Made by a program: the position numbers and the translations under genes. Below the pieces are notes generated by a model. The model saw only the letters and a program-made list of their open reading frames with translations. It was not told where the DNA came from and did no database searches. A stretch of 44,996 nucleotides of DNA from a phage: sequence record PZ789432.1; one strand, written 5' to 3'. Shown piece after piece: positions 15,395 through 23,773 of this stretch (positions are counted from its first letter, which is position 1; each line of letters begins with the position of its first letter).

Positions 15395-15613
15395 ATGAAA
15401 GTACAAATCGTAACTCTGCACTGCAAGAAAGGTATCACAACGCTCGGAGGTAGCACTTTCCACTCTTTCTCCGAAGGGGAGATTTATGCTGACCTGCACT
15501 ACATCTGGCGCGACGGACAGCACGTGGTGAACTACAGCGACCCAGCTACGGGGAAACGCCACGGCGTATCGCTTCCGGCGCATGACATTGCTCAGGTGAA
15601 CACAGTTTTATAA
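15395..15613 (+). CDS. hypothetical protein (72 aa)
   Basis: ORF track; SD AAGGAG 5 nt upstream. Confidence 0.6.
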   Translation: MKVQIVTLHCKKGITTLGGSTFHSFSEGEIYADLHYIWRDGQHVVNYSDPATGKRHGVSLPAHDIAQVNTVL

Positions 15614-15614
15614 A

Positions 15615-15630
15615 GTCTCACGTGTGAGAC
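15615..15630. repeat. 16-bp palindrome GTCTCACGTGTGAGAC
   Basis: Same family; 15 bp upstream of a phage promoter. Confidence 0.8.
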
Positions 15631-15644
15631 AAATCGGTGTCCGG

Positions 15645-15668
15645 TATTTACTGGACACTATAGAAGAG
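15645..15668 (+). promoter_or_regulatory. phage RNAP promoter (tatttactggacactatagaagag)
   Basis: Exact consensus; +1 G at 15663. Confidence 0.8.
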
Positions 15669-15718
15669 AAGAATTTTAATCGGCGATAATGCCATAACCA
15701 ACAAAAGGAGAATTTAAT

Positions 15719-16099
15719 ATGTTCAAGATTGAAACTATCGTAAACCGTGTTGTTAAAGGTGCTGCTCTGGTATCCGTTGAGTCTTTCATTATCGTCGATG
15801 AAGCTGATCAACTGGTAGCTGGTACTAAGGCTTACGATACCCGTGAAGAAGCTCAGGCTAAGATTGACAGCATGGGTAACTTCGCTGCTGGTTTGGAGTT
15901 CGCTCGTGCTTGCTTCCCTGAGCAGGCTGACAAAGCTCAGATTGGTAAGGCTAATATCGTAGCTGAATATCTGGATTGGATTGCTGCTGGTAAGCCGGTG
16001 AAAGAAGTTAAGTCTGCTGAAGAAGCTGAATCTCAGGCAGTAGAAGAAGAAGTAGCTGCACCGGTAGATGCTCCGGTAAGCGAAGAGGAAGAGTTTTAA
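15719..16099 (+). CDS. hypothetical acidic protein (126 aa) ending SEEEEF; candidate SSB-like or polymerase-interacting protein
   Basis: ORF track; strong SD AAAGGAG; framed by a consensus promoter and a hairpin terminator. Confidence 0.75.
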   Translation: MFKIETIVNRVVKGAALVSVESFIIVDEADQLVAGTKAYDTREEAQAKIDSMGNFAAGLEFARACFPEQADKAQIGKANIVAEYLDWIAAGKPVKEVKSAEEAESQAVEEEVAAPVDAPVSEEEEF

Positions 16100-16105
16100 T
16101 TGATG

Positions 16106-16137
16106 CCCTGTCTGCCTTAGTGTAGGCAGGGTCTTTT
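16106..16137 (+). terminator. hairpin + U-run terminator
   Basis: ccctgtctgc-cttagt-gtaggcaggg followed by TCTTTT; similar in sequence to the terminator after the capsid gene. Confidence 0.6.
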
Positions 16138-16163
16138 GCGTAATAGTTATTGGAGAATGAATT

Positions 16164-16469
16164 ATGCCGACTATTAAATCTCGTTTAGTAGCAGACTATG
16201 TGTATGGTCGTGACTTAAAGTTAATGCAAGATTACTTTAAAGTAATCATCCTGCTGGATGGAGAAGTGTTTCACACTAAAACATTCACCCTTCCTGAATT
16301 GTTTGATTTAGGTTATTGGGGTTATACATATCAGGCCATAGCAGACAAGGTGCTACTCAGTGTATTAGAGGAGTGGCCTACATGCGACCAAACTTCGACT
16401 TCGGAGCTACAGTATCGGAAGACAATAACCTGTTGCTGTGGCCAACTGAAGGTAATAGAATCGCTTTAA
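16164..16469 (+). CDS. hypothetical protein (101 aa)
   Basis: ORF track; SD GGAG; 3' end overlaps the exonuclease start. Confidence 0.55.
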   Translation: MPTIKSRLVADYVYGRDLKLMQDYFKVIILLDGEVFHTKTFTLPELFDLGYWGYTYQAIADKVLLSVLEEWPTCDQTSTSELQYRKTITCCCGQLKVIESL

Positions 16470-17026
16470 TAGATGCTGACATGTTACCCTACATCGTAGG
16501 TTATACAATCAGTGACATGACTTATGTACGAGCCACAACTCGTGTTAAGTCAGGACAAGTCCCATCAATCAAAGATACACCTGAGTGTAAGCAAGCGTGT
16601 GACCGTGTGAACTCCTTGCTCAACTCTTGGGTGTATGCAGCAGAGTGTGATGCAGCTAAGTTATTCATGACGAAATCAGAAGCTAACTTCCGTGTTCGCC
16701 TAGCCTTCACCAAGCCTTACAAGGGTCAACGTAAGACCGAGAAGCCTCCGTTCTTCTATGAATTGCGAGAGCATCTCTTAGAGGTTCATGGTGCAATCTT
16801 GGCAGATGGAGAAGAGGCTGATGACCTCATGAGCATTGCACAATGGGACAGCCACCGCCGCTTCCAGCAAGCTACAGGTAACGAGTTCCCTATCGGTAGT
16901 CCAGAGCATAAAGCATTCTCTGATACTTGCATCGTTTCCTTAGATAAGGATTTGATGATTGTTCCCGGTTGGCATCTTCAGCCGGGTCAAGAGAAGAAAT
17001 GGGTTAGAGCCTATGGGTTGGCTTGA
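16382..17026 (+). CDS. 5'-3' exonuclease (T7 gp6-like), fragment 1 of 2; frame-disrupted
   Basis: ORF track 16316..17026 (non-ATG); ATG 16382 after GAGGAG; IALIDADMLPY, EEADDLMSIAQ and IVSLDKDLMIVPGW parallel T7 gp6. Confidence 0.85.
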   Translation: MRPNFDFGATVSEDNNLLLWPTEGNRIALIDADMLPYIVGYTISDMTYVRATTRVKSGQVPSIKDTPECKQACDRVNSLLNSWVYAAECDAAKLFMTKSEANFRVRLAFTKPYKGQRKTEKPPFFYELREHLLEVHGAILADGEEADDLMSIAQWDSHRRFQQATGNEFPIGSPEHKAFSDTCIVSLDKDLMIVPGWHLQPGQEKKWVRAYGLA

Positions 17027-17411
17027 GCTACGCCGTAAGGCTAATGGTCAGGTTAAAGACCTTAAAGGTGCTGGCCTCATGTTTCATTATGCACAGATGA
17101 TTATCGGTGATGATATTGATAACTATGCTGGCATACCTGGACGTGGTGCTAAATACGCCTATGATCTTCTCAAAGATTGTAAGACAGAGAAAGAGTTGTA
17201 CATGGCAGTGCTTGGTGCTTACAAGGCTAAGTTCGGACATGGACAAGTTAAGATTAAGAATTACCGAGGTGGTTATCGTATCGGCAAGGCTTTTGACCTG
17301 ATGCTCGAATGTGGTCGCCTAGCGCACATGGCAAGATTCAAAGGTGATATATGGCGAGCCGATAAGAACCCAATCTTGTGGGGAGATGATGCGGAATGGT
17401 TAGCAAATTAA
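16959..17411 (+). CDS. 5'-3' exonuclease, fragment 2 of 2; frame-disrupted
   Basis: MFHYAQMIIGDDIDNYAGIPGRG parallels T7 gp6 HLFQTIKGDITDGYSGIAGWG; the frame changes near 16990..17026. Confidence 0.8.
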   Translation: MFPVGIFSRVKRRNGLEPMGWLELRRKANGQVKDLKGAGLMFHYAQMIIGDDIDNYAGIPGRGAKYAYDLLKDCKTEKELYMAVLGAYKAKFGHGQVKIKNYRGGYRIGKAFDLMLECGRLAHMARFKGDIWRADKNPILWGDDAEWLAN

Positions 17412-17806
17412 AATCATCGGAGGTAGCAGCTTATAAGAGGGATTTGCTAGAGAAGCAAGGGTGGAAGTGCCCACTATGTGGCGGCAGTCTCAAGGCTGTT
17501 ACTCCTATAAACCGTGTACTTGACCATGACCATGAGACAGGATTCTGCCGTGCTGTTGTATGCCGAGGCTGCAATGGTGCAGAAGGAAAGATTAAGGGTG
17601 TTATCTCTGGTTACGGTAAGGCTGGTAACAACCGTTACTTCCAGCTTCAATGGTTAGAGCGACTATATGAATACTGGAAGTTACATAGTACGCCTCAGAC
17701 AGATAAGTTATATCACAAACATCAAACGGAGGCAGAGAAGCGCGAGGCTAAGAACCGTAAGGCACGCCTTGCTTATGCAAGAAAGAAGGAGGTTAAAGTT
17801 GGGTAA
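17396..17806 (+). CDS. endonuclease VII-like Holliday junction resolvase
   Basis: 136 aa; GWKCPLCGG...LDHDHETGFCRAVVCRGCNGAEGKIKG parallels T4 endo VII (KCLICQ...HLDHDHELNG...VRGLLCNLCNAAEGQ). Confidence 0.8.
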   Translation: MVSKLKSSEVAAYKRDLLEKQGWKCPLCGGSLKAVTPINRVLDHDHETGFCRAVVCRGCNGAEGKIKGVISGYGKAGNNRYFQLQWLERLYEYWKLHSTPQTDKLYHKHQTEAEKREAKNRKARLAYARKKEVKVG

Positions 17807-18806
17807 GCTTCGCAGCTTGTACAAAGACTCCGAGGTACTTGATGCAATCGAGCAAGCTACCGACGAGAAAGGTAATGTTAATTATAATGAGATGGCACGT
17901 GTATTATCGTGTCACCCTGTGGGTAAGAAGATTACCCGCCAGTTGGCTCGATACTGGCATGGTCAATTCAAGAAGACCAAGAAGAATGGTGATTATTACC
18001 AGACCCTTCTGCAAGAAGATAAGCGTATCAAAGAAGAGCGTAAGCTCAGGACTCCTGACCGCTACGAGGATTTGGCTATTGTACCATTGCCTGACTCGCC
18101 TCATCGAAGTGTACTGGTAATCCCTGATACTCATGCACCTTATGAGCATCCAGATACCTTAGAGTTCCTTGCAGCAGTCGCGGCACGTTACCGTCCAGAT
18201 ACAGTGGTTCACTTAGGAGATGAGGCAGATAAACACGCCCTCTCCTTCCATGACTCTGACCCTAATCTGGATAGTGCTGGCATGGAGCTAGAGAAGGCTC
18301 GTGTCTTCATGCACAAGTTGCACAAGATGTTCCCTGTGATGCGCCTGTGTCATTCTAATCACGGCTCTATGCACTTCCGTAAGGCAAGCGCCAAGGGTAT
18401 TCCAGTGCAATATCTTCGCACCTACCGTGAAGTCTTTTTCCCAAATGGAGGTGGCGACCAGTGGGATTGGCAGCATACACATGTTCTTGAGTTGCCGAAT
18501 GGTGAACAAGTGGCATTCAAGCATCAACCTGCTGGCTCTGTCCTAGCAGATGCAGCGCATGAGCGTATGAACCTTGTGTGTGGTCACTTGCACGGTAAGA
18601 TGTCTGTGGAGTACGCACGTAATACACATGAACAGTATTGGGCTGTGCAAGGTGGCTGCTTAATTGATGAGTCATCCCGTGCATTTGCCTATGGGCGTGA
18701 GTCTAAATACAAGCCAGCATTAGGTTGTGTGGTTATTCTGGAGGGTGTGCCTCATATTGTCCCGATGCAAACCAATAGCGACAACCGTTGGATTGGCAAG
18801 ATTTAG
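17799..18806 (+). CDS. calcineurin-like metallophosphoesterase
   Basis: ORF track 17667..18806 (frame open upstream); motifs VIPDTHAP, LGDEAD, HSNHG, GHLHG. Likely start TTG 17799 six nt after AAGGAGG; first ATG is at 17892. Confidence 0.75.
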   Translation: MGKLRSLYKDSEVLDAIEQATDEKGNVNYNEMARVLSCHPVGKKITRQLARYWHGQFKKTKKNGDYYQTLLQEDKRIKEERKLRTPDRYEDLAIVPLPDSPHRSVLVIPDTHAPYEHPDTLEFLAAVAARYRPDTVVHLGDEADKHALSFHDSDPNLDSAGMELEKARVFMHKLHKMFPVMRLCHSNHGSMHFRKASAKGIPVQYLRTYREVFFPNGGGDQWDWQHTHVLELPNGEQVAFKHQPAGSVLADAAHERMNLVCGHLHGKMSVEYARNTHEQYWAVQGGCLIDESSRAFAYGRESKYKPALGCVVILEGVPHIVPMQTNSDNRWIGKI

Positions 18807-18823
18807 TTGACACTATAGAACAA
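18801..18823 (+). promoter_or_regulatory. phage RNAP promoter (atttagttgacactatagaacaa)
   Basis: The copy closest to the classical SP6 promoter (ATTTAGGTGACACTATAG); +1 G at 18818. Confidence 0.7.
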
Positions 18824-18906
18824 AGGGCTAGGTAAGACTTTATCGGCTGGCGTATCCAAATGATATTGCACTAGCCCTTGATTGTATAGTGAATGGAGGA
18901 TTCAAT

Positions 18907-19410
18907 ATGTCACACTATGAATGTAAGAAGTGTCATAAGCGTTATGATTACTGTACTTGTGGTCAAGAGAAAACATCTTTTAAAGTTGGAGACAAGGTAT
19001 TTCGTAATGAAAAAGATTCGATCCCTTGGAATCAATACTGCAAAGAAGCTGGTATTGACCCTGATAGCCCTGTAACCATAGATGATATTGATGGCATTAA
19101 CTTGTGCTTTCGTGAGGTGAGGGGTACAGGTTGGGATTCCAAAAAATTCAAACTTGCATCTGATAAGTTAGACAACAATATGGTAACTCAGCCTAAGCAC
19201 TACGAGTTCTTTGATGGCGTAGAAGCAATTACTATCATCGCCCGTAGTATGACTGAGAAGCAATTCGCGGGGTATTGCATGGGTAATGCTTTGAAGTATC
19301 GTCTGCGTGCAGGTAAGAAGTTCAATACTGAAGAAGACCTGAAGAAAGCAGACTACTACAAAGAGTTATTCCAGAAGCATCGTCACGAATGTATTGATGA
19401 GGATATTTAA
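18907..19410 (+). CDS. hypothetical protein: N-terminal Cys4 zinc ribbon plus DUF3310-like C-terminal domain
   Basis: ORF track 18889..19410 (GTG); ATG 18907 after GGAGG; YECKKCHKRYDYCTCG; C-terminal HYEFFDGVEAI...GNALKYRLRAGKK...EDLKKADYY resembles DUF3310 as I remember it. Confidence 0.65.
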   Translation: MSHYECKKCHKRYDYCTCGQEKTSFKVGDKVFRNEKDSIPWNQYCKEAGIDPDSPVTIDDIDGINLCFREVRGTGWDSKKFKLASDKLDNNMVTQPKHYEFFDGVEAITIIARSMTEKQFAGYCMGNALKYRLRAGKKFNTEEDLKKADYYKELFQKHRHECIDEDI

Positions 19411-19411
19411 T

Positions 19412-19585
19412 ATGGAAGGTAAACTATATAGAGGGTACTTCGGTAACTTATATAAAGTAAGCTCTCGCGGTTTTGTATTGACCTCTGATGATGAAGGTGC
19501 AATGTGGCACCTAAGTGCATATGGTTCTAACTTAGCACACTTTAAAGAGGCAATAGTCAAAGGTGTGATGAAGGAGGTGAAATGA
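19412..19585 (+). CDS. hypothetical protein (57 aa)
   Basis: ORF track 19394..19585; ATG 19412 follows the previous stop; alternative ATG 19397. Confidence 0.5.
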   Translation: MEGKLYRGYFGNLYKVSSRGFVLTSDDEGAMWHLSAYGSNLAHFKEAIVKGVMKEVK

Positions 19586-20529
19586 ACATCTTCCAATTCC
19601 TAGGTCTTCCAGAAGACCACCGCAATCATCCATTCATGCTGGTGAAGCATCGCGGTGAAGTTCCTGAGAAGAAACTTACTTTTCCATGTTATGCACAGGT
19701 GAAACGAGATGGAATATTCAGTGCTGTTGTGGTGCGCAATGATGGTGCTGTTGCCGTCTTTGGTCGTACTGGTAAGAAGCTCGCAAATGTTGAAGCCTTG
19801 GAAAAGACATTTAGTGTATTTCCTGTCGGGTTGTATCTTGGTGAGTTGCAATCTATGGCTGTTGATGTTTATCTTGAAGCTCTGTCAGGAGTGGTAAACC
19901 CTAATCGTACAGAGCCACTTGACTTCATAGGCCAGCAGATTAAAGACAACCTGTATATCGACTTCTTCGATATGTTAACTATTAAGGCATTCCATGATGG
20001 ATTCACTGATGTTTCTTATCTCAAACGTTACGATGCTTTACATCGTCGTATCGGCACTCATCTTAGCGGGTGCAACGCTATCCTTCCTATCACTCCTTGC
20101 CATAATGAGCGAGAAGTTGAAGCGTTTGCGCAAGAGCAAATAGATGCAGGACGTGAGGGTGCTGTATTCAAACTGGACTGCGATTATGAAGCAGGACACA
20201 AAGGTTATCGTCAGACTAAAGAAGTCCGTAAGGTAACTTATGACCTTACTTGTATTGGCTTTGAAGAAGGTAAAGGTAAATACAAAGGTAAGGTAGCTAA
20301 CCTCATTTTCAAGTGGAAAGGGGGCAAGACAATCAAAGCTATGCTCGGTAAAGGGTGGACTCATGCAGATGCAGAACAGATGTTCCACGATATTAAACAT
20401 GGCGGACGGTTGAATGTCATTGGTAAAATCTTTGAAGTCAAAGGTCTTCAGGATTCAAGCAAGGGCAACATTCGTCTGCCCAAAGCGGGAGAATTAAGAC
20501 ATGACAAAGATGAACCAGATTTCTTTTGA
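19582..20529 (+). CDS. ATP-dependent DNA ligase
   Basis: 315 aa; adenylation motif I AQVKRDGIF (KxDG); SD AAGGAGG. Confidence 0.85.
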   Translation: MNIFQFLGLPEDHRNHPFMLVKHRGEVPEKKLTFPCYAQVKRDGIFSAVVVRNDGAVAVFGRTGKKLANVEALEKTFSVFPVGLYLGELQSMAVDVYLEALSGVVNPNRTEPLDFIGQQIKDNLYIDFFDMLTIKAFHDGFTDVSYLKRYDALHRRIGTHLSGCNAILPITPCHNEREVEAFAQEQIDAGREGAVFKLDCDYEAGHKGYRQTKEVRKVTYDLTCIGFEEGKGKYKGKVANLIFKWKGGKTIKAMLGKGWTHADAEQMFHDIKHGGRLNVIGKIFEVKGLQDSSKGNIRLPKAGELRHDKDEPDFF

Positions 20530-20716
20530 TAGCATGAAGGCAACTCGTGCAGTTGAGGTAGCAGAAGCTATCTTTGAAACTTTATCATGTGGCATGGAAG
20601 TGCCATATACTTTACTTGCTGATGCAGAAGAACTTGGTCTTTCTGTAGAAGCTATCCAAGAGAAGGTTGACGAATTATATGGTACAGACGAAGAAGAAAC
20701 CGACGATTTCATTTGA
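20501..20716 (+). CDS. hypothetical small acidic protein (71 aa)
   Basis: ORF track; start overlaps the ligase 3' end; acidic C-terminus EEETDDFI. Confidence 0.55.
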   Translation: MTKMNQISFDSMKATRAVEVAEAIFETLSCGMEVPYTLLADAEELGLSVEAIQEKVDELYGTDEEETDDFI

Positions 20717-20720
20717 AGGA

Positions 20721-20849
20721 ATGGAGATGCTTGAGATGATTCTCAAGCCTTCTTCTCCGAAGGTGACTAAGACTCATGAAGAGTTAATCGTTGATGAAGT
20801 GAAGCGTTACATCATGGATTGTGTCAGAGCACAACTGGTGGTCCAATGA
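20721..20849 (+). CDS. hypothetical small protein (about 42 aa)
   Basis: ORF track 20667..20849; first ATG after the upstream stop is 20721; alternative ATG 20736. Confidence 0.3.
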   Translation: MEMLEMILKPSSPKVTKTHEELIVDEVKRYIMDCVRAQLVVQ

Positions 20850-21307
20850 TACGTCCAGCTTCCTTCCTAGATATTCCTGAGATTATAAACCTTGGGAATA
20901 AATATGTGGAAGAGGAAGTCAAGGTAGTGGCCCATCACTCAGCATCATGGAATGCAGAACAAAGCGCACATAACCTTTGCGCATCTCTTAGTAGAGAAGA
21001 TTTATTCCTATGGGTTGCTGTAGATGAAGGGCGGATTGTAGGGTTCCTGTGGGCTGGCTATCACGAGTTGGCCCCTTGGACACCTGTAAGGGTTGCCTCT
21101 GACATTCTCTTTTATATTATACCAGAGAAGCGAGGAACCCTACTTGGTATGCGTCTCATCAAAGCCCTAAAGCAATGGGCCAATGATAATGAATGCTCTG
21201 AGGTTCGCCTGTCTATCGCCTCTGGTATTAATGAAGAACGTGTCGGACGTATGTATAAGCGACTTGGCTTTGAACCGTTTGGCACTGTGTACAACCTGAA
21301 GTTCTAA
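20846..21307 (+). CDS. GNAT-family N-acetyltransferase
   Basis: ORF track 20819..21307 (TTG), ATG 20846; acetyl-CoA-binding region IIPEKRGTLLGMRLIKAL and C-terminal YKRLGFEPFG. Confidence 0.75.
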   Translation: MIRPASFLDIPEIINLGNKYVEEEVKVVAHHSASWNAEQSAHNLCASLSREDLFLWVAVDEGRIVGFLWAGYHELAPWTPVRVASDILFYIIPEKRGTLLGMRLIKALKQWANDNECSEVRLSIASGINEERVGRMYKRLGFEPFGTVYNLKF

Positions 21308-21316
21308 GGAGATAAC

Positions 21317-21526
21317 ATGGGTGTTGTAAAGAAAGCATTTAAGGCTATCGGTCTTGCTCAAGATGCACCACGTATTGAAGCCAAAGTCCCAGCACAGCAG
21401 CTTGAGCGTAAGCCTGAGACTGAAGCTGAAGATATTCAAATTGGTGCAGGTGGTGATGATTCGACTGCATCTGCAAAAGGTAAGCGCGGCCTTGTCCGTC
21501 CGGTAGCTTCTAGCTTGAAGGTGTAA
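21317..21526 (+). CDS. hypothetical protein (69 aa), possibly virion-associated
   Basis: ORF track; SD AAGGAG; directly upstream of portal. Confidence 0.6.
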   Translation: MGVVKKAFKAIGLAQDAPRIEAKVPAQQLERKPETEAEDIQIGAGGDDSTASAKGKRGLVRPVASSLKV

Positions 21527-21527
21527 T

Positions 21528-23078
21528 ATGAAACAGAGCACAGATTTGGAGTATGGAGGTAAGCGGTCTAAGATACCTAAGCTATGGGAGAAGTTCTCCA
21601 CTAAACGTAGCTCTTTCCTTGATAGGGCGAAGCATTACTCCAAATTAACCTTGCCCTATCTGATGAATGACAAAGGTGATAACGAGACTTCGCAGAATGG
21701 ATGGCAAGGTGTAGGTGCTCAGGCAACTAATCATCTAGCCAACAAGCTAGCGCAAGTACTATTCCCTGCACAGCGTTCCTTCTTCCGTGTAGACTTAACT
21801 GCACAAGGTGAGAAGGTTCTTAATCAGCGTGGCCTGAAGAAGACAGAGCTAGCTACCATCTTCGCTCAAGTGGAAACACGGGCAATGAAAGAGTTAGAGC
21901 AACGTCAATTCCGGCCTGCTGTAGTAGAAGCATTTAAGCATCTTATTGTTGCTGGCAGCTGTATGCTATACAAGCCGAGCAAAGGTGCAATCAGTGCTAT
22001 CCCAATGCATCACTACGTAGTTAACCGTGACACCAATGGCGACCTGTTAGACATTATCTTACTGCAAGAGAAAGCCTTACGCACCTTTGACCCAGCTACA
22101 CGTGCTGTAGTAGAGGTTGGCCTGAAAGGTAAGAAGTGCAAGGAAGATGACAGCATTAAGCTGTACACACATGCTAAGTATCTTGGTGATGGATTTTGGG
22201 AACTCAAGCAGTCTGCTGATGATATCCCTGTGGGTAAGGTGAGTAAAATCAAATCAGAAAAGCTACCTTTCATCCCATTAACTTGGAAGCGAAGCTATGG
22301 TGAGGATTGGGGTCGCCCTCTTGCAGAGGATTACTCCGGTGATTTATTCGTTATCCAATTCTTATCTGAAGCGGTTGCCCGTGGTGCTGCGCTGATGGCA
22401 GATATCAAGTACCTGATTCGTCCTGGTGCTCAAACTGATGTTGACCACTTTGTTAACTCTGGCACTGGTGAGGTTGTCACTGGTGTAGAAGAAGACATCC
22501 ATATTGTACAGTTAGGTAAGTACGCAGACCTCACACCTATTAGCGCGGTTCTAGAGGTATACACTCGCCGTATCGGTGTTGTCTTCATGATGGAGACAAT
22601 GACACGCCGTGACGCCGAACGTGTTACTGCTGTAGAAATCCAGCGAGATGCGTTAGAGATTGAGCAGAACATGGGTGGTGTATACTCCCTCTTTGCTACT
22701 ACTATGCAATCGCCAGTAGCGATGTGGGGTCTGCTGGAGGCAGGGGAGTCCTTCACTAGTGACTTAGTGGACCCTGTGATTATCACAGGTATTGAAGCTT
22801 TAGGACGCATGGCTGAGTTGGATAAACTGGCTAACTTTGCTCAGTATATGTCACTGCCATTACAATGGCCTGAGCCTGTCCTAGCTGCTGTGAAATGGCC
22901 TGACTATATGGATTGGGTGCGTGGTCAAATCTCTGCTGAACTGCCGTTCCTTAAATCGGCTGAAGAGATGGCACAAGAACAGGAAGCACAGATGCAAGCA
23001 CAGCAAGCACAGATGCTTGAAGAAGGTGTGGCTAAGGCCGTGCCGGGTGTAATTCAACAAGAACTTAAGGAGGCGTAA
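21528..23078 (+). CDS. portal (head-to-tail connector) protein
   Basis: 516 aa; position before scaffold and capsid, and size, match T7 gp8-like portal. Confidence 0.88.
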   Translation: MKQSTDLEYGGKRSKIPKLWEKFSTKRSSFLDRAKHYSKLTLPYLMNDKGDNETSQNGWQGVGAQATNHLANKLAQVLFPAQRSFFRVDLTAQGEKVLNQRGLKKTELATIFAQVETRAMKELEQRQFRPAVVEAFKHLIVAGSCMLYKPSKGAISAIPMHHYVVNRDTNGDLLDIILLQEKALRTFDPATRAVVEVGLKGKKCKEDDSIKLYTHAKYLGDGFWELKQSADDIPVGKVSKIKSEKLPFIPLTWKRSYGEDWGRPLAEDYSGDLFVIQFLSEAVARGAALMADIKYLIRPGAQTDVDHFVNSGTGEVVTGVEEDIHIVQLGKYADLTPISAVLEVYTRRIGVVFMMETMTRRDAERVTAVEIQRDALEIEQNMGGVYSLFATTMQSPVAMWGLLEAGESFTSDLVDPVIITGIEALGRMAELDKLANFAQYMSLPLQWPEPVLAAVKWPDYMDWVRGQISAELPFLKSAEEMAQEQEAQMQAQQAQMLEEGVAKAVPGVIQQELKEA

Positions 23079-23773
23079 TGTCTTTCTCATTTACTGAACC
23101 GTCAACCACTCACCCTACTGCTGAAGAGGGTCCGGTAGAAACCAAGGAGGTAACAACTGATGCTGCTACTACTGATACTCCTGCTGACGCTGGCACTGCT
23201 GTACAAGATGACAATGCTGGTGCACAACCTACTGAAGACACCGGAGGAGAAGCTTCTGGACAGCCTTCAGAAAAAGGAGACAATGGCGGAGAGAATGGTG
23301 AACCTAAGCCAGATGATACCGCGACCGACACTGAGGAAGTGCAATACTTCTTCGGAGAACATGAAGTAACAGTAGACATCCCACAGGATGTAACTGACAG
23401 CCTTAAAGAGAAAGGCATTGATGCCAAGCAGGTTGCCAAGGAACTCTATTCCAAAGGTGGCAAGTTTGAACTGTCAGATGCAACCAAGCAGAAATTGTAT
23501 GATGCTTTTGGCAAGTTTGCGGTAGATGCTTACCTGTCAGGTCTAAAGGCTCAAAATGAAGCCTTCTTCCTGAAAGAAGCCAACGCAGCTAAAGAGTTGG
23601 AAGCAGCTAACACCCAACGCTTCTCTGATGTTTCTAAGGAAATTGGTGGCGAAGAAGGTTGGTCCCGTCTTGAGGAGTGGGCACTTGAAGCGCTGTCTGA
23701 TGACGAACTCAACGGCATTCAATGCGGTGATGGAATCTGGCAACCAGTACCTCCAGCAGTACGCTGTGCGTGA
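23078..23773 (+). CDS. capsid scaffolding protein, fragment 1 of 2; frame-disrupted
   Basis: SD AAGGAGG; acidic, Ala/Thr/Glu-rich N-terminus; reading frame is lost near 23712. Confidence 0.75.
   Translation: MSFSFTEPSTTHPTAEEGPVETKEVTTDAATTDTPADAGTAVQDDNAGAQPTEDTGGEASGQPSEKGDNGGENGEPKPDDTATDTEEVQYFFGEHEVTVDIPQDVTDSLKEKGIDAKQVAKELYSKGGKFELSDATKQKLYDAFGKFAVDAYLSGLKAQNEAFFLKEANAAKELEAANTQRFSDVSKEIGGEEGWSRLEEWALEALSDDELNGIQCGDGIWQPVPPAVRCA

Noticed and set aside
14492-15583. 363-aa ORF on the minus strand
   Set aside because: Entirely antisense to a well-supported + strand gene and promoter in a genome where every recognisable gene is on the + strand; no RBS; low-complexity translation. Likely a by-product of the codon bias of the sense gene.
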